Source: Thelocarpon superellum
Taxonomy: Eukaryota
Length of the DNA: 26,944 nt
Assembly: GCA_026025795.1 (NCBI GenBank)
Contig: JAPEUG010000022.1
Coordinates: forward strand, 62,001-88,944
Direction of reading: 5' to 3'
Part shown: positions 1-10,042 of the stretch, piece by piece
Numbering within the stretch: position 1 is the first letter of the stretch
How the letters are laid out: each line of letters opens with the position of its first letter
Made by a program: the position numbers and the translations under genes
Notes under the pieces: generated by a model
Told to the model about the DNA's origin: nothing
Seen by the model: only the letters and a program-made list of their open reading frames with translations
Databases searched by the model: none

Positions 1-242
1 TGGCCAGATACTCTGCTGTCTGCCTTTCGCCTCCAGCTCATTTCAATGGCGTTATGCAGCTCGGCCAATTTCCCCGGGTGTTCCTCAGCCTGCAGCCTGC
101 CTCAGGCTGTCGGCTGGGTATAAGAATGAGATGGGCTTCCATCTCTCCCGCGAGCGCTGAGCCAGGGGGTCCCGGATGATCACCTGCTCTTCGTGCTTTC
201 CTCGATCGACTTCCATCAGGAACACCGATACTTCGTCTCATC

Positions 243-2341
243 ATGTCTCATCGTTTCTGCCGACTCGTCCTGCTGGGCTTGGCCGGTGGGCATCTCGCAT
301 CGGTCGGGGGCATCACCGTCCCGACAACTGATGTGGTGACGACCACTACCACAGGCACGTGTTCTACGTCCTCCATGGTCACGCCTCCCGGCTCGCCGAG
401 TGATAAGCCCGCAAGCAGCGCTCCGGCTTACAATAGAACTGTGGCTCCCTCAATCATCAGTGGAGGTGCCGCTCTCTCAGCCATCAGTGGAGGCGGCGCT
501 CCTTCGGCCGTCAGTGGAGGCGCCACTCCTTCAATCACGGCCGCTGTGAACCTGGCCAGCCTCGGTCTTAATCACAGTGGTAGCGCTGCTCTCCCAGCCC
601 TGGCGACCGCATACGCGACCTTCAACGGCAAATTCGTAAGCATCTATGGGAACGGTACAGCGCTCCCCCCCGACGCTCCAGCTCCAAACTGGACCGTGTT
701 GGCTTCCGAACTCCCCATGGCTCCTACCATCCCCGAGCCTTCGCCTCAGCCCGCTAGCGACCCTGCTACTGGTCAGCTCATCCGTACCGTGCAAGACAAG
801 GTTCTGCGAGACTACGAGGCCTACTCCACCTTTTCCTGTTTCCAGGCCGGAGACACTTTTGATTGCTCGGGTCCCTGGCTCTACGCCGATCAATGGGACA
901 ACAGCAGCACTCTTTCGAATCTGGTGACGCAGAATACCGCGTTGGATCCCTCATACTACTGCTCGTACGATACAACGTACCTTCAATCATCGGACTTTGA
1001 TCGGACCTTCTACGGCTTCACTGCCGCGAATCTTACAGCTTCCTTGCAGTCGATGGCCAACTACAGCTCACTGTGGGCTGCTGGAGCTTGCGCGTCAAAC
1101 TCCAGCTGTGCTGCCGCCTATCAAAACGACACGGAGCAAATGTACTCGGACTTTCAGGGCTACATCCGAACCGGCTTCTTTAACTCTATGACCGCGGCGC
1201 TGCAGAACGACTCTCTTTCATATTGTCCCTCGCAGATCACCGGGCCCGGATCGCTCATCACATACGCAACGTCCTACTTCGATGGCAGCAAAGAATACTT
1301 CGGGCTGCATAATCCCGTCTTCGTTGGTGGAGTTGCCGAATCGATCAATGGGACTCTTGAGGAAGCTCGACTGGAATTGGGCCTGACCATGGCAAACAAT
1401 GCCGCACGAGCAGAGGCAGTCTTTCTCAACATGATCTTCTTCGCTCCTCTCTCGAGCACGACAACCTCAAAACGCTCAGTCGATGACGAAGAGGTGTATC
1501 CTGGCTGCACGAGACGAGAATACGTCATGAAGGGTAGCTGCGATGGCGTGCTCCCTCCTCGCCATTACGATTTGGCTGGAAGGTTCATGCCGATGAAAGA
1601 TCGCGATCAGAGTAGGTGACTCTGTCCCCATCACCCTAAGCCCCTATCAAAGAGCAGGCAGCTGACACACCACACCGAACAGTGAAGGTCTTAGGATTAA
1701 ACCGCCGCGACCTTGACAATACCCGTCTCGTGCTCCGCGACAGCAGCTGCGACGCACAACAGAACTCCCTCGTTTCCGACATTCAATACGTTCAGACAGC
1801 CCGCGCTCTTTTCAGCCTCGCTTTCGATTACGTCGCCACCGCGGGGCTCCTCCCCCTCGCTACCGAAGTCGGCGGCACTGTCGCCCTCGTCATCAATGCC
1901 TACGCCCTCCTGGAAATGCTCATACTAAGTTTCTTGGCCGAGTGCGCGGTATTCAACACCTGCAACGGCCTCCCGCCTGCCATCGTCGCCATCGCCAAGG
2001 ACATTGCGACGGCTCAGGCGGGCGTCGCCGCGGCATTCCTCTACGACAAGGCGGGAGCCAAGGGCCTGATCACCTTCCTGAGAAACCTCATCAGCGAGGA
2101 AGCCGTGGGGGTTTTCACCGCAGCGAACGCGGGGGCGCTTGGGGCGGGCGTGCTTGCGGGAGGGCTCGGGGCCATCATCGATAGCCTGCTGAGCAACGCG
2201 CAGAAGTACTATGAAGGCGCGTTGGGGTGTTGCCAGGCTAACTGTGACTCGTCGACCTGTCTCCAGGCTAGTCCGGGTTGTTTCTTGCATTTTGGGAGCC
2301 AGTGGAGCGGCTCTGGTGGCCTGCAATGCGACGCCACCTGA
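243..2341 (+). CDS. Unknown secreted protein, 675 aa, 2 exons (243-1611, 1683-2341): signal peptide, Ser/Thr-rich linker, Cys/N-glycosylation-rich middle domain, dibasic processing sites, hydrophobic C-terminal domain
   Basis: ORFs 243..1619 and 1682..2341 join in frame through a phase-1 intron 1612-1682 (GTAGGT donor, GCTGAC branch 1661-1666, CAG acceptor), giving ...DRDQ-M-KVLGL.... Hydrophobic N-terminus RLVLLGLAGG, many N-x-S/T sequons, SKR and NRR sites. Confidence 0.8.
447..527 (+). repeat. 27-bp coding tandem repeat x3 (PSIISGGAA / LSAISGGGA / PSAVSGGAT)
   Basis: TCAGTGGAGG recurs with a 27-nt period in the N-terminal linker of the first gene. Confidence 0.75.
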
Positions 2342-2689
2342 AGACTGCGAATGGTCCGTCTCGCGGCTGTCCTGAGTGGCGGTTGAGCCGGCACTCGGAA
2401 AATCAGAGATGAACGCTTCAACTGGAAGTTGGCTGGATCAGACCCCACATACTATCTCTCACACGTCTCTGATAGGTCCGATTATATGAAAGAAGACTGT
2501 ACAAAGATGATTATCGAGCCGTCCTCGACTGGAGTCGACTTGTCTGGCACACGAGGGTTCGGGTCCACCACCTCAACTGCGCTGCAGCTGCATGTCTTTG
2601 CGCGCGGAAGTAGCACGGGCGCCCGTTCACACTGAAGCAGCAACTGTCCATAATGTAGTGTGGCATTTATCTACAGGCCTCCAAGCCAG

Positions 2690-3893
2690 TCATTTGCCCA
2701 CCTTGGCGAACCACTTCTAAAACCACTCGACGGCCTGCGACTCGCCCTCGGCGCAATGCTTCTCGACCTCCTTGTCCGCGGGATCAGCCCGGACGCAGAA
2801 TTCGTGCCCGGCACCCTCGTAGAAGCGCATCTCGCATTCGACCTCCGCGTCCTTGAGCTCGCGCTGCACGATGGCCTGCTGCGGTGGGGTGAAGACCATG
2901 TCGTCTGTGCCCACCGCGACCGCCAGTGGCACCTTGATGCCCTGCAACTTGGCCGGCGCCTCGACGGCGCTGGGGTGGCCTGCGAAGAGCGCGTCGACAA
3001 GCGGACGGGCGCTGCCGCTGGGGGAGGTGGTTGCGGTGGTGGTATCAGGAGGGAGCGACTCTGGCCGCGCGAGGTAGAAGACGTGCCGGCCGCCCCAGCA
3101 GAAGCCGGCGGCGCCGATGGGGAGGCGCGGCTCAGCGGTGCGGAGGGCGCGCATGTAGGTAACCACTTTGGGGAGAGTGACGCCCAGTCGGTTAGAGATG
3201 AGATGGGGGACGAAGCCGTAGAGAGCGCAGAAGACGTGGTAGCTGGTTGGGTGAGGAAGGGTTAGCTGAGGGCTTTCGATGGAGAGTAGGACGGAGAGCT
3301 GTATGGATGCTAGGGTAGGGGCTTCGGCGATAGTGGCAGTGGGAGTGGTAGGGATAGGGATGGAAGGAGAGCGTCGAGGGTCGAGGGCGACGTACGGTTT
3401 TGTGATTCAGGCATAGAAACTGCTGGTGTCAAAAACCTTGGGGAACATGTCAATCATCCACAGGGGCGCAGCGTTGCCTAAGCGGTGTTGGCTTAGCTTC
3501 TGAGAAACATGTCTCGCGATGATGACTCCGGTATCCGGGGGGTAAACAGCATTCGCAGCAAACAACCTCTCGTTTCTCTCCTCTTCTCTGCCCCTCTACC
3601 TTCAACCCGCAAGCCACCACAATCCCCACCTTCAGTAATCGCAAACAGAGACGTACCATCATGAACTCCGGCAGTAACACTCTCCACTCACCGCAGTCGG
3701 CGTAGTGGTCCGCCAGGATGCGATTGTTGACGAACTGCCAGCCATAAGCGTCTGGTACAATCACTACGACGCCCGTGACGGCGCGACCGTCGCGCGGTTC
3801 CGCCACGTATGTTGGGAGGCCGTAGAGCGTCGTCTTGCGACCCGCGGCTGCGCCCTCGCGCACGTGGCCGCTGAAGCAATTGGGGCAGGACAT
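2690..3893 (-). pseudogene. Dienelactone hydrolase family (alpha/beta hydrolase), probably a pseudogene; exons 3893-3657, 3477-3396, 3242-2690
   Basis: Typical motifs: MSCPNCFSG N-terminus, PDAYGW..NNRILAD, GFCWGG nucleophile, AGHPS, GAGHEFCVR. Defects: in-frame TGA at 3409-3407 (YA*ITKP), TAG at 2719-2717 followed by continued family-like KWFAKVGK*, and a phase mismatch at intron 1 if the TAG acceptor at 3480-3478 is used. Confidence 0.8.
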
Positions 3894-3981
3894 TTGGTCC
3901 TGCAGATGGGAATGGGGATGGGGGTAAATATCAAATTGTATGAAGCTACGAAGCGTACACTGCGATGTAGCAATGGGCTCA

Positions 3982-4013
3982 GTGACGTCACATCACGTGG
4001 AGTATCACGTGAT
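3982..4013. promoter_or_regulatory. Cluster of palindromic TF sites: CRE (GTGACGTCAC 3982-3991), E-box (TCACGTG 3993-3999), ATCACGTGAT (4004-4013)
   Basis: Three ACGT-core palindromes within 32 bp, about 90-120 bp upstream of the hydrolase ATG at 3893. Confidence 0.55.
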
Positions 4014-4227
4014 TCGCCGTCTCATGGCGAGTCTCGCAGCCAGTCGAGCTTTAGCGTTCAACTCGAGTAATACGAGGGAATTAGAGAGGGACTGGGAAGC
4101 TTATTGCACCTCGATATCGTAGCCAACTGACGACTTCTATTGATTCCGCCTAGCTGTACGCTTCGTCGGCATAGTCTCTCAGGAAGCAAACAAGAGTGTC
4201 ACAGTTTCGTATGGTCTCCTCGCAGCT

Positions 4228-4401
4228 CTACCCATCAGTGCATGTCCCAATCGCCCAACATTGTCCGTAGCAAAGAGTGTATCCACCAGCACATTCGGAA
4301 TCCTGCGTGTTGACAGGGTCGGTAGATTGTGGCAATGCAACCGCAATTTGCGCGGTCAGGAGAGACGCGAGGAACAGTGTGGTGGTAGTAAAGAGCTGCA
4401 T
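4228..4401 (-). CDS. Small secreted cysteine-rich peptide, 57 aa (signal peptide plus 4-Cys mature region)
   Basis: MQLFTTTTLFLASLLTAQIAVA|LPQSTDPVNTQDSECAGGYTLCYGQCWAIGTCTDG*. Typical fungal signal peptide ending AVA-LP, Cys spacing C-x6-C-x3-C-x5-C, TATAAA upstream. Confidence 0.72.
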   Translation of the reverse strand: MQLFTTTTLFLASLLTAQIAVALPQSTDPVNTQDSECAGGYTLCYGQCWAIGTCTDG

Positions 4402-4583
4402 GACTGATGTTGATAACAAGGATAATGGCAACGACAATGAGGATGATAGATGGAGTATGAGGCTGGCTGTGGTTGGTGATGATGTCGATGAAAGCGCGGG
4501 GGTGGTTAAGTAGTGATTGATGGAGCGCGGTGATGGTAATTGTCGCCTGGAATTGACCAACGTTCGCGGGGTAATCTACTCAC

Positions 4584-4589
4584 TTTATA
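4584..4589 (-). promoter_or_regulatory. Putative TATA box of the small secreted peptide gene
   Basis: Minus-strand CATATAAAG about 185 bp upstream of the ATG at 4401. Confidence 0.45.
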
Positions 4590-5315
4590 TGTGCAGGTGG
4601 CTACTGCCCTCGCACCAGGGTATCTCTGCTTCAGTGTCTTCCTCAGCGCTACAAGCTGGCTTCGCCAAGTATAGCATGAACTTTCACCATGCCTGGAATC
4701 CTTCCTTGCCTTATTGCAGCTAGAAAGAAGGGTAAACGAATCCTGCCTTAACACTCGGAAGTTACCATGAAACAAAATTTGGTGCATAACAGGATTGACA
4801 GGAGCTAGTTCCTGAGTAGGATGTAAGGCATTGCATCAGCAACAAGGATAATGGCAACAATTGCAAAGCTCCCAGCTCATGCGTGCGCTGGCCTTCATCT
4901 CCTCCATGCGTTCACTCGCGGCATTTTGAATTGAGCAGTACACAGGCGGGTGACAGGAAAGACATCGGCCACCTCGTACAGGGATGGGTACCCCACGCGC
5001 AATGCGACCTTACACTGCCATACTACTGCCTATTCACAAAGCAAGTAGATTACTTTAAGATGAGACATGACCATGTTAACATCCAATCACTGCATTCCAT
5101 CGATGCCCCTTGCTGTGCGCGGATAGCTGGCATTGGATTGGGGTCGCCGAGTTTTGGTAAGCGATTTCTTCTGTGCTCGTATCGTACAGTATGGAACGTT
5201 AGCCGGCCTAGGGATGGCTAACGCTCCGGGGCCCGATTGGATTGTCGGGAATCCGCTTGGCCAATGCTGGGTGAGATCTATCTGTCGCCACCTCCTAGTA
5301 ACATATCGCTAGCCA

Positions 5316-6239
5316 CCAACTGCGAAGTCTTCATCCTGCCACGCTTCACCATGGAGTTGATGCTCGACGTGGTCGTCGAACAGCAGTTTAAGGCGATAGC
5401 CCTGGTTCCGCCGATTTTGATCCGCATGGTACACGACCCCGTCGTAGACGAATACGCCCTCTCGTGTCTGGAGCGGCTCGCGTCCGGCGCGGCCCCGCTC
5501 AGCAATGAGATCGTGCAGCTGCTGCAGAAGAGGGTCCCCCAGACGGGCTTCAAGCAGGGCTAGGGCATGACGGAGAGCTGCGGCTGCATCACGATGCACA
5601 CGCCCGAGTTCTTCGACTCCAGGTACGCCTGTAGTGTTGGACCGCTCGTGACGTCAACGAAAGTCAAGATTGTCGACGAGCAGGGTCGGGAGCTTAGAAT
5701 CGATCAGCCTGGCGAGATCCTGGCCCGTGGTCCACAGATGGTCATGGGTTATCTGAATACGCGAAGCGACTGCTGACACATCGGACGCCGACGGCTGGCT
5801 GCATACTGGCGACCAGGGGTACATGGATGAGCATAGCCTCCTCGTCATCTCCGACCGGCTGAAGGAGATGATTAAATTTAACTGTATTGCCGTTGCGCCT
5901 GCGGAGCTGGAAGGCCTCCTGCACGGGCATCCCATGGTCGACGATGTCACTGTGATTGGTATCCCGGATGATTACGCTGGCGAGACGCCCAAGGCTTGCG
6001 TGGTGGTTCAGGCCCACGTTGGCGCTCGGGAAGGGCCCAAGCAAGTAAGGAGGGAGCTTTTGGCGTACGTGCGAGAGCGGATAGTCCGCCACGAGTGGGT
6101 CAAGGAGGTAGACTTCGTGTCCGAGGTGCGTAAGAGTTCAAGTGGGAAGATCCTGCGGCGTGTGCTGCGTGATCAGGCCAAGGGTGTGCCCAAGGGGGTC
6201 GTGGTGCGGGAGGAACTCGTCAACACTGCAAAGTTGTGA
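5316..6239 (+). pseudogene. 5'-truncated 4-coumarate-CoA ligase-like / acyl-CoA synthetase (ANL family) pseudogene with C-terminal PTS1 (-AKL)
   Basis: Motifs LVPPIL, SGAAPL, KQG*GMTES (TAG at 5561-5563 in the QG[YW]GMTE motif), GEILARGPQ..MGYLN, frameshift near 5759, GWLHTGD, DRLKEMIK, VAPAELE, SGKILRR, end TAKL*. The N-terminal half with the AMP-binding P-loop is not found upstream; the 5' boundary is approximate. Confidence 0.88.
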
Positions 6240-6350
6240 AGAGCAAAGATTGGGGGAGGACGTTGGTGCTCCATTCATCGCTATGACAATACACCAAACG
6301 CCAGAAACCTCTGCATAAGCGCTGGTATGCCATCACAAGCGAGCCATGGT

Positions 6351-7200
6351 CTAGATAGCCCAGCGGTAGCTCGCATATCGCCCGGCAGTCTCACTCTTGC
6401 GAATGATCTTGACCACCTGACCGCGCCGCAAGCCCAAGTAGCGCGCCACCGGGTCCGTGACCTGGATACGGGGGAGCTGGCTCTCCCGCAGACGATAGCG
6501 CTCGAGCAGCGCTTGCTTGTCGGCTTTGCTGAGGAGGACGTGTTTGGGCACCAGCTCATGGTGAGTGATGTTGACGAGAAGGTCCTGCTCGACGAAGGTC
6601 TCGATGATGGACGGGAGTACGGTGGGGATGACTTTCAGCGCCATGGGCGTGATGGAGTTCTGCGTCACCACGATGCCTGTTCCGAAGTTGTTCATGCTGA
6701 CCGTCTGGGCAAAGGCCCGCATGTGCTTGACGCCCACGGACGCATCGGCCAGGAATTCCACCCAGATGGTGCCGACGTTGGGTGGGGGAGGGTTGGGGTT
6801 TTGGGCCGTTGGAGGGGTTGAGTGTTGTATGATCATGGCTTCCGTGGGTCGCGCAGAAAAGTTCATCTTCTTCCGACTGCGGCAGCGACGGAGATGGTTC
6901 AGCTCTGTGTCATAGCGGAGGGCCTTGGGGAGCACTCACTCTGGCCATCCGTTATCCGTTGCGTACTTTTGTTTGAAATCTTCCAGCGAGATGCGCACCT
7001 CCTCTTCGGCAAGTTCATAGCCCTACATGTCATAGGTCAGATCGACTTTGCTCCTTGCCTTTCTCTTCTCGCCCTCGACGTATTCATCCTACCCGATCCT
7101 GCACCATCTCGTGGATAGTCCGCCATGCTCGCCACAACTTCGTGGTCTCCCGCTCGGCGTCCGCGGCTTCCTTTTGAGCCTGGGCGTCGGAGTTGGGCAT
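6351..7200 (-). CDS. RPB5: DNA-directed RNA polymerases I, II and III subunit RPABC1 (Rpb5), 238 aa; exons 7200-7093, 7022-6940, 6876-6351
   Basis: [77 protein letters not shown]. Two canonical GT-AG introns preserve the frame. Confidence 0.97.
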
Positions 7201-7561
7201 TGCTGCAGATTCAGCAAGGACGCATCGACATAGGTGGATGAGAGGATGGAGCGGAAGCGGCACCACGCGTCGACACAAAGCGAAGCCTTTCCCGAATATT
7301 TGGCGACGGCAATTCGCGAACAAGTTTAGCGCAACCGTTACTTCAGGGGAATGATTTCTACCGCGGGCAGTAGTGTGGAGGACCCCCAAACTCTTCACTC
7401 AAGGCCTGAGTACAAGTATGTTAGTGGTAGTGAGCGAGAGTAGTGTAATGGGTAGCGGAAGTGCGTTCGGATGCTCGTACCGGGCAGATCGGTCGGCGTC
7501 GTGCAGGGTCGGTGCCCACTTAGAGGATGCTTGGGTCTAATTCCCATCGTTGGGCAAGTGC

Positions 7562-7593
7562 TCCACCTTCCACCCTCCACCCTCCACCCTCCA
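7562..7593 (+). repeat. (TCCACCC)n heptamer repeat, about 4.5 units, in the RPB5/BFR1 divergent promoter
   Basis: TCCACCT TCCACCC TCCACCC TCCACCC TCCA read directly. Confidence 0.7.
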
Positions 7594-7804
7594 GGTACAT
7601 GGCCCATCCCAGAGTATCCTCAACCTCGAAGAGATCACACCCGTCAACCTCGTAATGGCTTACTCCGAGTGCACCTTTCATTCTTCCCGGAGATAGTCGC
7701 CCGGCACGTCATCCAATTTCGATTTATCCCTTGCAGTTGCTCTCTATACCTTGCCCTGCACTCCATCCCATCCATTGAGCCTGGACGGTAACCCACTCCT
7801 CACC

Positions 7805-9695
7805 ATGACCGACATGGCCACGCCGGCGGCTGCCACCATGGCCACTGTCAACGCCGGGGCCGACCCGACGCCCGCGGCCGACAAACCGACCAAACACGAG
7901 AAGCCCGAGAAACCCGATGAGGTGCAGTATAAAGCGGCGCTGGCACAAGCGGAGAAGGAGCATGCGAGCGTCATGGAGAAGTTGGTGGGTACTCACATTG
8001 AGGTTGCCAAAATGCCATTGTACAATGGACATGAGAACCGGTGACATGAGTGGCCTCCGGCTAATGACAACTATAGAATGCCGTGAAAGCCAAGATTGAC
8101 CTGGCCAAACCTCCGGCGAAAGGGTCCGCGGCACAACAACGGCAACAAGAACTCCGCTCGCAGCTTTCCGCCATCCGACAACAACAGCAAGGACTGAAGT
8201 CGTCCAAGGGCAACCTCCAGGAGAAGATCCGCCAATTGGACAGCATGCTCAAGAATCGCATCATGGAGCAGAAGAATGCGCGGGGTCGGGTGCCGTGGAA
8301 AAATGTCGACGAGGTGGATCGGGAGATTCAGCGATTGGAGAAGCAAGTCGACACCGGCACGATGAAGCTCGTCGACGAGAAGAAGGCTCTCGCGGACATC
8401 TCGAGTCTACGAAAGCAGCGCAAGGGATTCGCCGGCTTTGACGAGGCGCAAAAGGGCATCGACGAGGTCAAGGCCCAGCTCTCGGACCTGCGCAAGGGGC
8501 TGGACGACCCGGAGTCCAAAGGCCTGAGCGACAAATATACGGCCATCGCCAAGGAGCTGGACAGCATCAAAGCGGAGCAGGACGAGGCATATAAGGGCAT
8601 CAACTCCCTACGAGACGAGCGATCAAGCCTGCACGCGGCCCAGCAGGAGAAATACGGCGCCATCCGCGCCATCAAGGACCAATATTACGCGCAGAAGAAG
8701 GCATTCGCCGACTACGAGCACGAAGCGTACCGTGTTCGACGGGAGAAGCAGCGCGCCGAGCGCGAGACGTACGAGAAGGAGAAGCGACGAAAGGTGGCGG
8801 AAAAGAAGCTCGAGGAAGCCAGCGAGCCGGCGTACATGGACGAGATCTTGACCGCCGAGGGCTTAATCCGGTACTTTGACCCGTCGGCCGTCGGGACATC
8901 GACCAAGGCTGCAGAGCCGGGCAAATTCGCAGCGCAAGCGTCTCGAACGGTAGAGAACGACCTGAAGGGAACGCGAGTGGTCAAGCGGGACGAGGAGGAC
9001 TATTTCATGGGCACGGGAGGGAAGAAGGGCAAGAAGGGGCGAAAGGGCGGAGCCGGCACATCGTCTCCCGCGGGGGGGGGGCCCAGCTCGGAAGGGTCGA
9101 CCGGAGGCAAATTCAACCTCAGCATCGGCGTCATCGAAGAACTCGGCAAAGTGAAGGTGGACACGCCCATGAGCCAAGCCGAGGTTCCAGCCGTGGTGGA
9201 GAAACTCAAGGCCAAGCTGGCGCATTGGAAGTCGGATCAACCTCGTCAAACCAAGGCGGTATGTATCTCTCTCTCGCGTCCTTTCCTCGTACAGACACGC
9301 AGCATCGCCTCTTACCCGCACGTGTACCACGACCGTCAGACTAACAGCGGCATCAGAACGTTGAAAAGGCTCAAAAGGAGATCGACAAGCTAGAGGCCGA
9401 AGCGCACGATTCACCATCCGGGACCCCCGGAGCCAGCACGACCACGGGCGCCCGGAACGGCGTCGGCAGCAAAGGCAAAGAGAGCGGAAGCGGAAGCGGA
9501 AGCGGAAGCGGAAGCGGAAGCGGAAGCGGAAGCGGAAAGGGCAGCACGAACGGAAGCGCCACCTCGGACGAGAAGAAGAAGAAGCAGCAGCAGCAGCAGG
9601 AACAAGACGAGAAGCTGGGGGAGGAAGAGGAAGAGATTGACGACGCCGCCGACTCTGTCATCGAGGACTTGAAGGAGATTGAGGTGGCAGATTGA
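7805..9695 (+). CDS. BFR1: Nuclear segregation protein Bfr1-like coiled-coil protein, ~566 aa; exons 7805-7984, 8077-9258, 9357-9695
   Basis: KPEKPDE N-terminus; VDREIQRLEKQVDTGTMKLVDEKKALADISSLRKQRK; EPAYMDEILTAEGLIRYFDP; YFMGTGGKKGKK; FNLSIGVIEEL. Introns GTGGGT..CTAAT..TAG and GTATGT..CTAAC..CAG are in phase. Confidence 0.9.
9483..9536 (+). repeat. Perfect coding microsatellite (AGCGGA)9 encoding (Ser-Gly)9 in BFR1 exon 3
   Basis: Nine perfect hexamer units, followed by (AAG)4(CAG)5 at 9573-9599. Confidence 0.95.
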
Positions 9696-10042
9696 TTTCA
9701 AATCCCGCCCTATCTCTTTTTGTCGAGCTGGAGAGTTGGTCCCCTTTGTTGGTTGGTCGGGACGCAACGGATCTAGTGGATGCAGCTAGATGAATGAGCA
9801 GACACGGGGTAGCGTAATGGGGAAAAGGACAGTTTGAGGACGGCAAGGAGATGGAGAGGGAGGGGTGAAGGGGTTCAAATGCATATCTACTCCTTCCATG
9901 CAGAAGATACAATACACCATTCCCGATGGGGTCATTCCTGATGCTCACATGGCCATTCCACATCGCTTTCAGTCCTTTGTCCTATTCGCAGGCACAAGAT
10001 AGGCAGTATAGTATCATAGTCTCATAGGCATAACAGTACTCA

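Noticed and set aside
2660..3265. Long antisense ORFs (2660-3265 +, 6327-6821 +, 8863-9417 -, 11187-11744 +, 14884-15576 +, 15781-16521 +)
   Set aside because: Shadow frames of real GC-rich coding sequence, with no motifs of their own.
2690..6239. A-to-I RNA editing or readthrough rescuing the premature stops (TGA 3409-3407 and TAG 5561-5563 would both become Trp)
   Set aside because: The ligase also has a frameshift and lacks its 5' half. The hydrolase has a second stop, a probable phase defect and a motif substitution. Ordinary decay is the simpler explanation.
2690..6239. RIP as the cause of pseudogenisation
   Set aside because: Only one lesion fits CpA>TpA, GC content remains high and no TpA excess is visible by eye.
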